DNA of 63,971 bases, filler included, from an uncultured Methanosarcinales archaeon (GCA_964397315.1; 7 parts of 4 records of this genome joined end to end with filler, not necessarily neighbours in it), one strand, 5' to 3'; shown: positions 18,555 through 27,153, counted from the whole stretch's first letter. The notes: generated from the sequence alone by a model not told the origin. Numbers and translations are program-made.

Positions 18555-20144
18555 TCAGTAATCCTCAAGGCTGATCTGGCCCTTTCTCTTTCTCTCGGGA
18601 ACCCTGGCCTTGTCAACATCCTGGCCCACCTGCTTCTTTATGTTGAATGCTGTCTTCCTGCCCATGAGGTGGGCGAGTGTTGTTATGTCAGAATTCTTGA
18701 CATCCTTAACATCCCTTATCCTGTTGTTGTAAAGCTTTCTCGCCCTCACCCTTCCCACTCCCTCAAGCCTCAGCAGGGGAAGCAGCTCCTCCCTGACTCC
18801 ATACCTTAGCCTCAGCCTTGTCTTTATCACCTTCTTTGTCACGTCCCTCTTTTTTGTCATCCTTGCAAGCTCTTCTGCAGCATACAGGAGCCAGTTCGCA
18901 AGCTCCCTCTTCACCCTTATCTCGCCGGGCCTTATGCTGTACTTCTCAAGAAGCTCCTCCTCATCCTTCTCCCCAATCCAGTCCTGGAAGAAGAGCGCTG
19001 TCTTGAAAGCATTGAGGAAATCATCATAGTCAGGATCATACAGTGAAGGCTCAAGCACAATAAGGCCTGACTCGTGCTCTGCAAGCTTCTCCTGAATGTC
19101 ATCATATTCTTTGGACCTGACCTTCAGCAGGGGCCTCAGCTCAATGCAGGAGGATATCATGTGAAGGAATGAGAACTCATCAGTCATCTTCTCAGAAGCC
19201 CTTTCCATTGCAATGAGCATGTTATGCGCTGTCAGAGGGTCAATGTAAAGCTCCGCAACCCGCTTTCCTATTCTTGTGGCCCTGAGCCAGGAGTCAGAAT
19301 CAAGCTCTGACGCGCTGACAAAACCGTCATTCTTTTCCTTTGATGACTCAACAAAGCCGTAGTCAATCAGGAGGCTGACCATCCTGCTGATTATGCCCCC
19401 CATTTTGTTCATGTCCTCATACTGGTATGCCCAGAATGTTTTTGAGAAGAAGCTCTCAAGCTCTTTCTCGCTTGCCGCAAATTCAGAGGCTATCAGAGAG
19501 AGGACATACGTTCTTAGCACCGGCTCAACAGCCAGCTTTGAGTATATGCTCTCTGTCTCTCCAAGAAGGTACCTTTCTTCTATCCTCTCCCTGTCCTTCT
19601 CGTCAGACGCAACAGCTATAGCCTCCCCCCATTTGTCAAAGCCGGGCCTTCCGCACCTTCCTGACATCTGCTGGTATTCAAGAACTGGAATCCAGTCAAG
19701 CCCGTGCCTTGTGTACCTCCTGAGATCCCTTATTATGACCCTGAATGCTGGGAGGTTAAGGCCAAAGGAAAGAGTTGGCGTGCACGCTATTATCCTTATC
19801 ATGCCTTTCCTGAAAGCGTTCTCAATAAGTGACTTCTGCTTCTGGGCCAGGCCTGCGTGGTGGAATGCAGTCCCCTTCTTCACGCATCTGGCAAGCCTCT
19901 CGCACTGCCTTGTCGGCTTCTGAAGCGCGTGAAGCACATCTTTTGAGAGTTCTTCAAGCCCTGTACGGCCTGCAAGGCTGTTCCTGCTCACCTTTGAGGC
20001 AATGTCCTCTGCAGCCTTCTCAGCCCCCCTCTTTGTGTTGACAAAAACTAAGGCCTGCTTCTGCCTCCTGATTGTGTCAAGCGACAGGTCTATTGCAGGG
20101 CTGTTTGTGGGATTCTTTATCTCAAGAATACCTGTTTTTGGCAT
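18555..20144 (-). CDS. hel308: Hel308/Ski2-like helicase lacking the N-terminal RecA1 (Walker A/DExH) domain
   Basis: AFHHAGL, CTPTLSFGLNLPA, QMSGRCGRPGFD, YIDP, GVGRVRARKLY; no GKT or DExH. Confidence 0.85.
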   Translation of the reverse strand: MPKTGILEIKNPTNSPAIDLSLDTIRRQKQALVFVNTKRGAEKAAEDIASKVSRNSLAGRTGLEELSKDVLHALQKPTRQCERLARCVKKGTAFHHAGLAQKQKSLIENAFRKGMIRIIACTPTLSFGLNLPAFRVIIRDLRRYTRHGLDWIPVLEYQQMSGRCGRPGFDKWGEAIAVASDEKDRERIEERYLLGETESIYSKLAVEPVLRTYVLSLIASEFAASEKELESFFSKTFWAYQYEDMNKMGGIISRMVSLLIDYGFVESSKEKNDGFVSASELDSDSWLRATRIGKRVAELYIDPLTAHNMLIAMERASEKMTDEFSFLHMISSCIELRPLLKVRSKEYDDIQEKLAEHESGLIVLEPSLYDPDYDDFLNAFKTALFFQDWIGEKDEEELLEKYSIRPGEIRVKRELANWLLYAAEELARMTKKRDVTKKVIKTRLRLRYGVREELLPLLRLEGVGRVRARKLYNNRIRDVKDVKNSDITTLAHLMGRKTAFNIKKQVGQDVDKARVPERKRKGQISLEDY

Positions 20145-20272
20145 AACAGGATTGAAATCTGCTTGTTTATATCTTTTTTCTATAAATGCTGATTTTATAC
20201 AAGATTACTATTAAAAAGTAATAAAAATAGATACTTTTAAATATAAGTGATATACCTCCCTCAGATGTTAAA

Positions 20273-20947
20273 ATGCAGATCATAAACCCGGGTGCAGAAG
20301 ACTATCATATACACAGCATCAACTTCTCTGACGGCCTCAACACAATAGACGAAATAACCTATTTTGCAGGCAAGTTTGGCCTGAAAAAGATAGCAATCAC
20401 TGACCACAGCCAGGCCCTGCTTGACAGCATAGGCTATTGTCGCAGGGGCGAGAGAACTCTTATCAACAGGTGGAAAAACATACTCAATGATGTTGAGGTC
20501 ATGTTTGGTGTTGAGGGAGACCTGCTGAATGAAGAGGGAGATGTGTGCAGCTATATTCAGGAAAAGGATTCCGGGCTGTTGATTCTTTCTGCCCACCCCG
20601 CGGTCTACAGCAGTCCCAGAGAGACAATAACCAAAGGTTACGTAAATGCAATCAAGAAGTTTTCTGATAAAATAGGATTTATAGGGCATCCATGCTCCAC
20701 ATATTTCAGTGATTTTGTAAATATCAGAGAAGTCGTGAAAGCTGCAAATGATTATGGGGTTGCGCTGGAAATGAACAGCTCAAATCTTGCTAATAATCGC
20801 ACCCACCTGGAAAACCTTGACCTCTTGCTGGACATGGCTGATAGGGTGTTTGTAAACAGCGATGCGCATACACTGGGTGAAATGAGGGATTCAAGAAGCT
20901 GCGCTTTTGATTATCTCAGGAAGAAAGGCGCTGATTCTAGGATATAA
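20273..20947 (+). CDS. PHP domain protein
   Basis: DYHIHS..SDG, ITDH, GHP, NSDAH. Confidence 0.9.
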   Translation: MQIINPGAEDYHIHSINFSDGLNTIDEITYFAGKFGLKKIAITDHSQALLDSIGYCRRGERTLINRWKNILNDVEVMFGVEGDLLNEEGDVCSYIQEKDSGLLILSAHPAVYSSPRETITKGYVNAIKKFSDKIGFIGHPCSTYFSDFVNIREVVKAANDYGVALEMNSSNLANNRTHLENLDLLLDMADRVFVNSDAHTLGEMRDSRSCAFDYLRKKGADSRI

Positions 20948-21012
20948 ACCTTGTATATAAAACATAAGACAAACCTGTTCATATGGAGTAGATAATCATG
21001 TCTTTCTAAAGC

Positions 21013-21504
21013 CTAAAGTTCAGGCTTTTTGCTGTTTCTGATTACCCCGTTCTCTATCAGCTTTTTGGTGGGCTCGCCTTTGATGAAAGTCTCATGGCAT
21101 TCCTCGGCCAGCACTCCTGTGGTGAAATCTACAGAAAACTTATCCTGCTTAAACAGCAGGGGGAGGTTCTCTTTGAAATACATGGCTCCGCTATTGTCAA
21201 GGTCTATGCCGCATACAACTTTTTTTATCCTGCTTAGAATACATGCGCCAAAACACATTGGGCAGGGCTCGTAGGTGGTGTATAAAACAGCTTTTCCCTT
21301 GTTCTCTCTTAATAAAGCTGTTGCCTGCTTTATAGCTGATATCTCAGCATGAGCAAGCTTGTCTTTTTTTGAGTAAACCTGGTTGTGTGCCCTGGCAATT
21401 ACATTATTGTTTAATACTATAACGCAGCCGATAGGCCAGTTTCCTTCTTGCAGAGCCTTCCTTGCTTCTTTTAAGGCTTCTTTCATGTAATATTCATCGT
21501 CCAT
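21013..21504 (-). CDS. TadA-like nucleoside deaminase
   Basis: HAE and EPCPMC zinc motifs. Confidence 0.9.
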   Translation of the reverse strand: MDDEYYMKEALKEARKALQEGNWPIGCVIVLNNNVIARAHNQVYSKKDKLAHAEISAIKQATALLRENKGKAVLYTTYEPCPMCFGACILSRIKKVVCGIDLDNSGAMYFKENLPLLFKQDKFSVDFTTGVLAEECHETFIKGEPTKKLIENGVIRNSKKPEL

Positions 21505-21647
21505 GCAATTTTCAATCAGATTAAGCTTATTAAATATTTTTCGGCATAAGGAGGAAGTGCCGGGGAGATTCTTGCTTCACTAGGATATCAGAAGTCAAAA
21601 AGGGAACCTAGCTTCACAAGCATGGGATTTGATTTTATAAAATTGAA

Positions 21648-21789
21648 TGGGCCCGCGGAGATTTGAACTCCGGACCGCACGATTATCAGTTTCACATCCT
21701 TATAGATTATTTCTAAAAGGAACGTGTGCTCCAATTGCCCAACAGTACGCTGTTAAGCGCAACCTATTGCCAGGCTAAGCTACGGGCCC
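21648..21789 (-). tRNA. tRNA-Ile(GAU) with two non-canonical introns (D-loop and 5' anticodon stem)
   Basis: GGGCCCG acceptor, CACG[..]A-CT-GAT-AA-TCGTG, CGGAG-TTCAAAT-CTCCG; 142 nt with two insertions of ~33-35 nt. Confidence 0.85.
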
Positions 21790-21793
21790 GAAA

Positions 21794-21887
21794 CGCCCCA
21801 GGGCAGACTCGAACTGCCGACCTCGCGGTTTCTCTCAGCTGAAAACAGGATAACAGCCGCGCGCTCCGCCTACTAAGCTACTGGGGC
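21794..21887 (-). tRNA. tRNA-Asn(GUU) with canonical 37/38 intron
   Basis: GCCCCAG acceptor, CGCGG-CT-GTT-A[~21 nt]A-CCGCG, TTCGAGT T-loop. Confidence 0.9.
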
Positions 21888-21935
21888 TTTGAAGCCAAAA
21901 AGACAGGGGTGTATTTAAATAGTTTTTGGTGATTC

Positions 21936-22028
21936 GGAGTTTGTCGCAAAATAAATTCACCATATTTAAACATTAAGCAAGGCTTTTAAATGGCATTTAT
22001 AGACTGTCCGAATTATGCGACAAACTCT
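21936..22028. mobile_element. 93-bp MITE with 12-bp TIRs and 8-9-bp target duplication
   Basis: GAGTTTGTCGCA (21937-21948)/TGCGACAAACTC (22016-22027), flanked by GGTGATTC on both sides. Confidence 0.75.
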
Positions 22029-22072
22029 GGTGATTCAAAAGCTTTAAATATGGCTTTTTGTAATACACTATT

Positions 22073-22261
22073 ATGAAGCCAAAAAGCGAAGTCTGCAGGG
22101 ATTGCGCGAGCTGGAAGCTCTTTGGAGAGAAGTGCTGGTTCTTCTGGGAGGACAAGAAGGAATGCTCCCAGTTCAGGGATGATGAGATGTCAGAGCCGAG
22201 GCACAGGAACACCAGGATTGACCTTGAGCAGATGCTGGAGGACCTTGTCTCAGAGAAATGA
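22073..22261 (+). CDS. Small Cys-rich hypothetical protein
   Basis: CxxC...CWFFW...C; TTTAAATA upstream. Confidence 0.7.
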   Translation: MKPKSEVCRDCASWKLFGEKCWFFWEDKKECSQFRDDEMSEPRHRNTRIDLEQMLEDLVSEK

Positions 22262-22297
22262 TAAAACTTTTTAAATACCCTTTTCTCTTATGCTGTA

Positions 22298-22951
22298 ATG
22301 GCCATAAACCAGATCTATTATGCAATATCTGCTGTCATAACACTTATCATAATTCTCCTTGCTTATTACAAGCTCTGGTTTCTGAGGAAGCCTGAAAGGA
22401 GCATACCTCCGGGCAGAAGCACTGTAGTATCTCCTGCAAACGGAAGGATATCAAGGATAATCAGGACAGGAAGCAGTGATGTCAAGCTGAGAAAAGGCCT
22501 CATCGGAAGGATCAGGACGATGACAAGAGACACTGCAAAAAACTCCTGGCTCATAACAATTGTGATGAACCCTTTCAATGTCCATTACCAGAGGGCTCCC
22601 TCGGAGTGCAGGATAATCTCAAGGACCTACAGGAAAGGAAAGCTCCTCAATGCAGTGTCAGGAGCAGGCAACATGAAGGCCACGCTTGAGAATGAGAAGA
22701 ACGAGATTCTCATGAGCACGGCTCTGGGCAGGATGAAGGTTATACAAGTGGCTGGGATGTTCGCGAGAAGGATAGAATGTTTTGCAGGGAAAAACCAAAA
22801 CATTAAAAAAGGCGGAATAATAGGGCTTATCAGGTTCGGCAGCCAGGTGTGCCTGGTGATACCCCGGACTTCAGGATTTAAAATCCTGGCTGAAGAAGGC
22901 CAGTATGTTGTTGACGGCGAGACAGTGATCGCTGAAAAAAAGGGAAAATGA
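22298..22951 (+). CDS. psd: Phosphatidylserine/archaetidylserine decarboxylase
   Basis: SPANG, VHYQRAP, ENEKN, QVAG..ARRI, IRFGSQV cleavage motif. Confidence 0.92.
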   Translation: MAINQIYYAISAVITLIIILLAYYKLWFLRKPERSIPPGRSTVVSPANGRISRIIRTGSSDVKLRKGLIGRIRTMTRDTAKNSWLITIVMNPFNVHYQRAPSECRIISRTYRKGKLLNAVSGAGNMKATLENEKNEILMSTALGRMKVIQVAGMFARRIECFAGKNQNIKKGGIIGLIRFGSQVCLVIPRTSGFKILAEEGQYVVDGETVIAEKKGK

Positions 22952-23469
22952 AGCTCAACAGGATAATGAAAACACCGGACCTTTTCTCTCTCCTAAATGC
23001 CGCTTTCGGAACGCTCTCAATAATATTCTCCCTGAAGAAAGGCTTTTTTGAGGCAGCCCTGTTCATGGTTATTGCTGTGGTGTTTGATTACCTTGACGGC
23101 ATGTTCGCGAGGAGGACAGGCAAGGCCCACGAGTTCGGAAAGGAGCTTGATTCATTATGCGATATCATATCATTCGGAGCAGCGCCTGCTGTTTTCGGGT
23201 TTGTTTACGCCGGCGCCTCCCTGGAGGGGCCTGCTGAGACCCTGCTTATGGTATCCATTGTTGTCTTTGTGCTTGGCGGGGCTCTCAGGCTGGCAAGGTT
23301 CAACATAACAAAAGCAAAGGGAGTGTTTGAGGGGATGCCTATAACACTCAACGGCATAATCCTGCCTGCAGCGTACATCGCAATGCTTCCCCCTGCTTAT
23401 TATTCTGCAGTTTACCTGGTGTCAGGCCTGCTTATGATAAGCTCTTTCAGGATAAAAAAGATACTCTGA
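22948..23469 (+). CDS. pssA: CDP-alcohol phosphatidyltransferase (archaetidylserine synthase)
   Basis: DYLDGMFAR...FGKELDSLCD..SFG, RLARFN, FEGMP. Confidence 0.92.
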   Translation: MKLNRIMKTPDLFSLLNAAFGTLSIIFSLKKGFFEAALFMVIAVVFDYLDGMFARRTGKAHEFGKELDSLCDIISFGAAPAVFGFVYAGASLEGPAETLLMVSIVVFVLGGALRLARFNITKAKGVFEGMPITLNGIILPAAYIAMLPPAYYSAVYLVSGLLMISSFRIKKIL

Positions 23470-23478
23470 GGTGATAAT

Positions 23479-23919
23479 ATGAACATGCTGACAGAAATTG
23501 TGCTGAACAAGGTTATCCTGTCATGCGTTGTGGTAATAGTCATTGCCCAGGCTGTGAAGCTGGGAATAAACTATTCAAGAAACAAGAGATGGAACCTTTC
23601 CCTGCTGCTTTCAACAGGAGGCATGCCTTCAGGACACTCTGCAGTTGTAGCGTCCCTTGGAACGGCAGTGTACCTTTCTGAGGGGGCTACATCACTCTTT
23701 GCTGTTGTGTTTGTGATAGCTGTCATAACAATCTACGACTCTTTGACAATAAGGAAGACAGTGGGGCATCACACCAGCATTCTCAACACAATACTGAGGG
23801 CTCTTAAGCTTCACAACAAGTATTCTGTCAGGGAGCTGACAGGGCACTCTTTCACGCAGGTCCTGGCAGGCATAGCCCTGGGCATTGCAGTGGCGCTTGG
23901 TGTCTTCAGCATACTTTAA
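23479..23919 (+). CDS. Divergent PAP2 family (DUF212) membrane protein
   Basis: TGGMPSGHSA, YD, GHS..QV. Confidence 0.9.
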   Translation: MNMLTEIVLNKVILSCVVVIVIAQAVKLGINYSRNKRWNLSLLLSTGGMPSGHSAVVASLGTAVYLSEGATSLFAVVFVIAVITIYDSLTIRKTVGHHTSILNTILRALKLHNKYSVRELTGHSFTQVLAGIALGIAVALGVFSIL

Positions 23920-23920
23920 A

Positions 23921-24490
23921 ATGGGGCCTGCAGAACTACTAATGCTCGCAGTCAAGTCCTTCTATTTCATGCTGCCGGCCTACACAGCAAACATATTCCC
24001 TGTCCTGTCAAGAGGGTTACTCAAATCGCTCTCAAGGCCTGTTGACTGCGGTATCAGGCTGAGGGGGAAGCCTCTTTTCGGCCCCCACAAGACGATAAGG
24101 GGGGTTGTTGTGGGCGTGGCTGCAGCGCTTATAACGTTCCAGGTCCAGAAAAGCATTTACGGCATTGACTTCTTCAGGAGCATAAGCATTGTTGATTACC
24201 ACTCAATGTATATCTCTTACTTTCTCCTGCCCGGCCTCGTTCTCGGCTGCGGCGCTCTGCTGGGTGACATGATTGAGAGCATGTTCAAGAGGCAGTTCAG
24301 CATAAATCCGGGAAAGAGCTGGATACCCTTTGACCAGATTGATTTCATCATAGGGGCTTTGCTTCTTATATCGCTGATATACATCCCCTCATGGAAGGTT
24401 ATTGTGATGCTGCTTGTCCTGACTCCGGCTCTTCACATAGCAACAAACCATCTAGCCTACTATCTTAAGCTGAAGAAAGAAAAGTGGTAG
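23921..24490 (+). CDS. carS: CDP-archaeol synthase
   Basis: LPAYTAN, PVD.G, GPHKT.RG, GD...S.FKRQ, DQIDF, LKKEKW. Confidence 0.92.
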   Translation: MGPAELLMLAVKSFYFMLPAYTANIFPVLSRGLLKSLSRPVDCGIRLRGKPLFGPHKTIRGVVVGVAAALITFQVQKSIYGIDFFRSISIVDYHSMYISYFLLPGLVLGCGALLGDMIESMFKRQFSINPGKSWIPFDQIDFIIGALLLISLIYIPSWKVIVMLLVLTPALHIATNHLAYYLKLKKEKW

Positions 24491-24937
24491 CGCAGTGACA
24501 AAGAATGAGATGTTTGACAGCAGTATGTAGGAGATCTGCTGCTTCCGGGTTCTCTTCTCGTTTTCCATTGCGCATATTGTTCCTGATGCAAGCCCCATTA
24601 TGAATATGAGCGAGGCTGCGAGGGTTACCACTCCGCTGAACTGGGAAAGCACACCCATTATCGCCCCTGCGAGAGGATATATTATTCTTATGTCCTCCAC
24701 TTCCCTCAGGAACCTGAAGTAGACCGCAACTCCTATCAGAACAATGATTCCTAAAGCCGGCTCCTGGATGTACAACAGAAGAAGCATGAGAAGCACGGTC
24801 ATGATGTCCTTGAGAGCCATGAAATACCTCCTGCCATCCTTGAGCTCCTCACTCGCAAGAACAGCCAGGATGAAGCCTCCTGCAAGGCCAAGGTATGCTA
24901 CAATGGACATAATCAGGTAATTCAGGAAGGTCACCAT
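24452..24937 (-). CDS. Hypothetical membrane protein
   Basis: Hydrophobic ORF coupled to the upstream dph2-like gene; EELKDG motif. Confidence 0.7.
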   Translation of the reverse strand: MVTFLNYLIMSIVAYLGLAGGFILAVLASEELKDGRRYFMALKDIMTVLLMLLLLYIQEPALGIIVLIGVAVYFRFLREVEDIRIIYPLAGAIMGVLSQFSGVVTLAASLIFIMGLASGTICAMENEKRTRKQQISYILLSNISFFVTALPLFFLQLKIVG

Positions 24938-25185
24938 TCTGAATGCCCCCATTGTATCAGAAGGTCAGGCTCAAGGTCCCCCATCTCAGGGATGTCGCAC
25001 GCCCCAAAACAGGTTTCAAGCCATATAACCGGCTCAGCAGATGTTTCCTCTCTTATGCTGTCAGCTATCTCCCCTGCCCTTGGCTTCAGGCCGTCAGGCA
25101 GCTGTATGCAGACGCTTCTGGCCTTGCTTTTCCTTATCTCAGAAACAGCATTCTCAATCTCCAGGTCATAATCTGTTCTTACCAT
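24931..25185 (-). CDS. Short Dph2-like protein (N-terminal domain only)
   Basis: IQLPDGLK, CFGACD, LIQWGHS; only 84 aa. Confidence 0.85.
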   Translation of the reverse strand: MVRTDYDLEIENAVSEIRKSKARSVCIQLPDGLKPRAGEIADSIREETSAEPVIWLETCFGACDIPEMGDLEPDLLIQWGHSEW

Positions 25186-25334
25186 GCTATATCAGGGTTT
25201 GAATCCTTCTCTTCCTTTTGAGTGTGGCTTCCTGCGTAACCGCAGGCTCCGCATATGTAATAGCCCTCATCCCCTCTCTGCACCCAGCTCATGTCTGTTG
25301 AGCCGCATTTCGGGCACTTGTTCACTGAGGTCAT
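25179..25334 (-). CDS. 51-aa zinc-ribbon protein (absent from ORF track)
   Basis: Own translation MTSVNKCPKCGSTDMSWVQRGDEGYYICGACGY...; overlaps both neighbours. Confidence 0.75.
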   Translation of the reverse strand: MTSVNKCPKCGSTDMSWVQRGDEGYYICGACGYAGSHTQKEEKDSNPDIAW

Positions 25335-25579
25335 TTTTCCGCAGCTGCAGCCTCATTGAGCTCTTTGAGGAACTTGCCAACATCAATGCCATGCGCGGCA
25401 GCTCCCTGCTCAACAGTCTCAAACTGGGCCACATGGCAGCCTATGCAGTGCATGCCGTGCCTGAACATGACTTCCGCAGTCTCAGGATACTTCTCAACAA
25501 CATCTCCTATTGGCATGTCCTTGCTTATCAGCTGCTTTCCTTCTTCTTTGCTCTTGTTTTCCTTGCTTTTTTCTGCCAT
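25331..25579 (-). CDS. DUF1858 domain protein
   Basis: ISKDMPIGDVV..YP, GMHCIGC, ETVEQ.A..HG. Confidence 0.9.
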   Translation of the reverse strand: MAEKSKENKSKEEGKQLISKDMPIGDVVEKYPETAEVMFRHGMHCIGCHVAQFETVEQGAAAHGIDVGKFLKELNEAAAAEK

Positions 25580-25627
25580 TTGGAAAAGGTTAGAAAGAGC
25601 ATTTTTAAAGGTTTTGATGGGTGAAGA

Positions 25628-25743
25628 CGCCCCCGCCGGGATTTGAACCCGAGTCTTCGCCTTACTCCCCTTGGTCGAGAGGGCGAAATGATTCTCCGGC
25701 AGGCCATATTATGCGGCATGTGGCCGGACTACACTACGGGGGC
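25628..25743 (-). tRNA. tRNA-Glu(CUC) with two introns (D-loop and 37/38)
   Basis: GCCCCCG acceptor, TCGCC-CT-CTC-G[13 nt]A-GGCGA, TTCAAAT; ~28-nt D-loop insertion. Confidence 0.85.
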
Positions 25744-25879
25744 AGTGATTATATCAGCTCTTTTTGGTCGTGGGATTTCCGAGCAAAGCGAGGAATATCC
25801 CACTTAGCGTTGCGTCCGAGGGGAGCGTAACCCGCTCCGGTAGCTACACTACGGGGGCAGTGATTATATCAGCTCTTTT
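25729..25879. repeat. 36-bp direct repeat (tRNA-Glu 5' end plus ferredoxin 3' end) flanking a 79-bp palindromic insert
   Basis: CTACACTACGGGGGCAGTGATTATATCAGCTCTTTT at 25729-25764 and 25844-25879. Confidence 0.9.
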
Positions 25880-26091
25880 CCGCCTTCCTTGTCCTCTTTT
25901 ATGTGGATCACATTCACAGGGCATCCCTGCGCTGCTCTCATGTTACATTCAAGCTCTTCCTCGCTTATGCTTGTCTTTTTTGGGGATGCCTTTCCATCAT
26001 CTTTCATCTCCCAGTTGTCCTCGCAGTTTGCAGCGCATGCTCCGCAGCCAATGCATCCTTCCCTATTCTGTTCTATCTTGTATTCTGCCAT
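25864..26091 (-). CDS. Ferredoxin (single 4Fe-4S cluster)
   Basis: CIGCGAC...C and CPVNVI. Confidence 0.93.
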   Translation of the reverse strand: MAEYKIEQNREGCIGCGACAANCEDNWEMKDDGKASPKKTSISEEELECNMRAAQGCPVNVIHIKEDKEGGKELI

Positions 26092-26116
26092 TGTTTCACT
26101 TCTTTTCTTTCTTCCA

Positions 26117-26204
26117 CGGGCCCGCAGGGATTTGAACCCCGGACCTTTCGGTCTCTCTTCAGAGTTAAGAGCCGAATGCTCTAGCCAGACTGAGCTACGA
26201 GCCC
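26117..26204 (-). tRNA. tRNA-Lys(CUU) with canonical intron
   Basis: TTCGG-CT-CTT-A[13 nt]A-CCGAA, TTCAAAT. Confidence 0.9.
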
Positions 26205-26241
26205 TTAAAATGCTTGAAACCGGATTTATTTATAAAATTTA

Positions 26242-26364
26242 TTGAAAATGGCTTTGCGCCATTTTCAAGACTAAAAATTTGACCATCTAAGATGCAAATC
26301 CGTTAATACCCCACCTTTAGGGTGTGGTTAGGATTTGCTTTATAAGATAATGGTCAAATTTTTA
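26242..26364. repeat. REP-like nested palindromes
   Basis: TTGAAAATGGC/GCCATTTTCAA hairpin, then TAAAAATTTGACCAT...ATGGTCAAATTTTTA enclosing GCAAATCC/GGATTTGC. Confidence 0.8.
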
Positions 26365-26367
26365 TTA

Positions 26368-26506
26368 TGCGGCTGCCGGGACTTTCGGCAGCTGGCATTC
26401 AACGAATGCCTGGCGTGGGATCCCTTGCAGGATCTGTGGGCCTTTCTGCTTCGAACCCGGGCACCTGCCTTGGGAGGGCAGTGTCATACCGCTAGACTAC
26501 AGCCGC
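26368..26506 (-). tRNA. tRNA-Gly(CCC) with ~68-nt T-loop intron (59/60)
   Basis: GCGGCTG acceptor, CTGCC-CT-CCC-AA-GGCAG, CCGGG-TTCGAA[68 nt]T-CCCGG. Confidence 0.88.
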
Positions 26507-26577
26507 ACAATAGGGTCAGTTTATGGTATGGTTATAAATCTTTTGATGAGAAATGCAGGTGATGCAAGAAAGAAAAC

Positions 26578-26835
26578 ACGCCGCGGCCCGGATACAGGAA
26601 CGAGCCTTTTGATTAAAGCCTCGGGAAAACTCAGGCAGCTCCTAGTGCTTGCGTACCGGAGCTCCCTTAGGATATATTTACAGAAACCGTTTTCAACATT
26701 GTTGATTCGGAGGATTCCGAGCGAAGCGAGGATATCCTCCTTAATGGCCGGATCAAGGAAGAAGACCCTTGTCGGGAAAACTCAGGCAGCTCCTAGTGCT
26801 TGCGTACCGGAGCTCCCTAACGCCGCGGCCCGGAT
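26578..26835. mobile_element. Small element bounded by a duplicated tRNA-Ser 3' end, with an internal 47-bp direct repeat
   Basis: ACGCCGCGGCCCGGAT at 26578 and 26820; identical 47-mers at 26621-26667 and 26772-26818. Confidence 0.7.
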
Positions 26836-26934
26836 TCGAACCGGGATATCCCGAAGGAAACCGGCTATTTTTGCTGAAAATCTATGATTTTCACCACTCA
26901 AGGCCGGCGCAGTACCAGATTGTGCCACCGCGGC
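26821..26934 (-). tRNA. tRNA-Ser(UGA) with canonical intron
   Basis: CCGGC-CT-TGA-G[~30 nt]A-GCCGG, long variable arm, TTCGAAT. Confidence 0.88.
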
Positions 26935-27053
26935 AATGGCAGTTGTGGAAACAGTGGGTTTTATAAAGCTTTTTATGGGGTCAGTATCTCCGAAGGGATT
27001 GTCAAACAAAAATATAGTTGAGCGGCTACCACCGGTGGAACACCGGATGGCAT

Positions 27054-27153
27054 NNNNNNNNNNNNNNNNNNNNNNNNNNNNNNNNNNNNNNNNNNNNTTA
27101 ATTAATTAANNNNNNNNNNNNNNNNNNNNNNNNNNNNNNNNNNNNNNNNNNNN
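27054..27153. other. Artificial contig linker
   Basis: N run, TTAATTAATTAA, N run. Confidence 0.99.

Noticed and set aside
26528..27009. ORFs with duplicated peptide GKLRQLLVLAYRSSL
   Set aside because: Translation of the 47-bp DNA repeat and tRNA-Ser
27018..27053. Possible 5S rRNA 5' end (GCGGCTAC...AACACCGG)
   Set aside because: Only ~35 nt before the contig end, with weak resemblance
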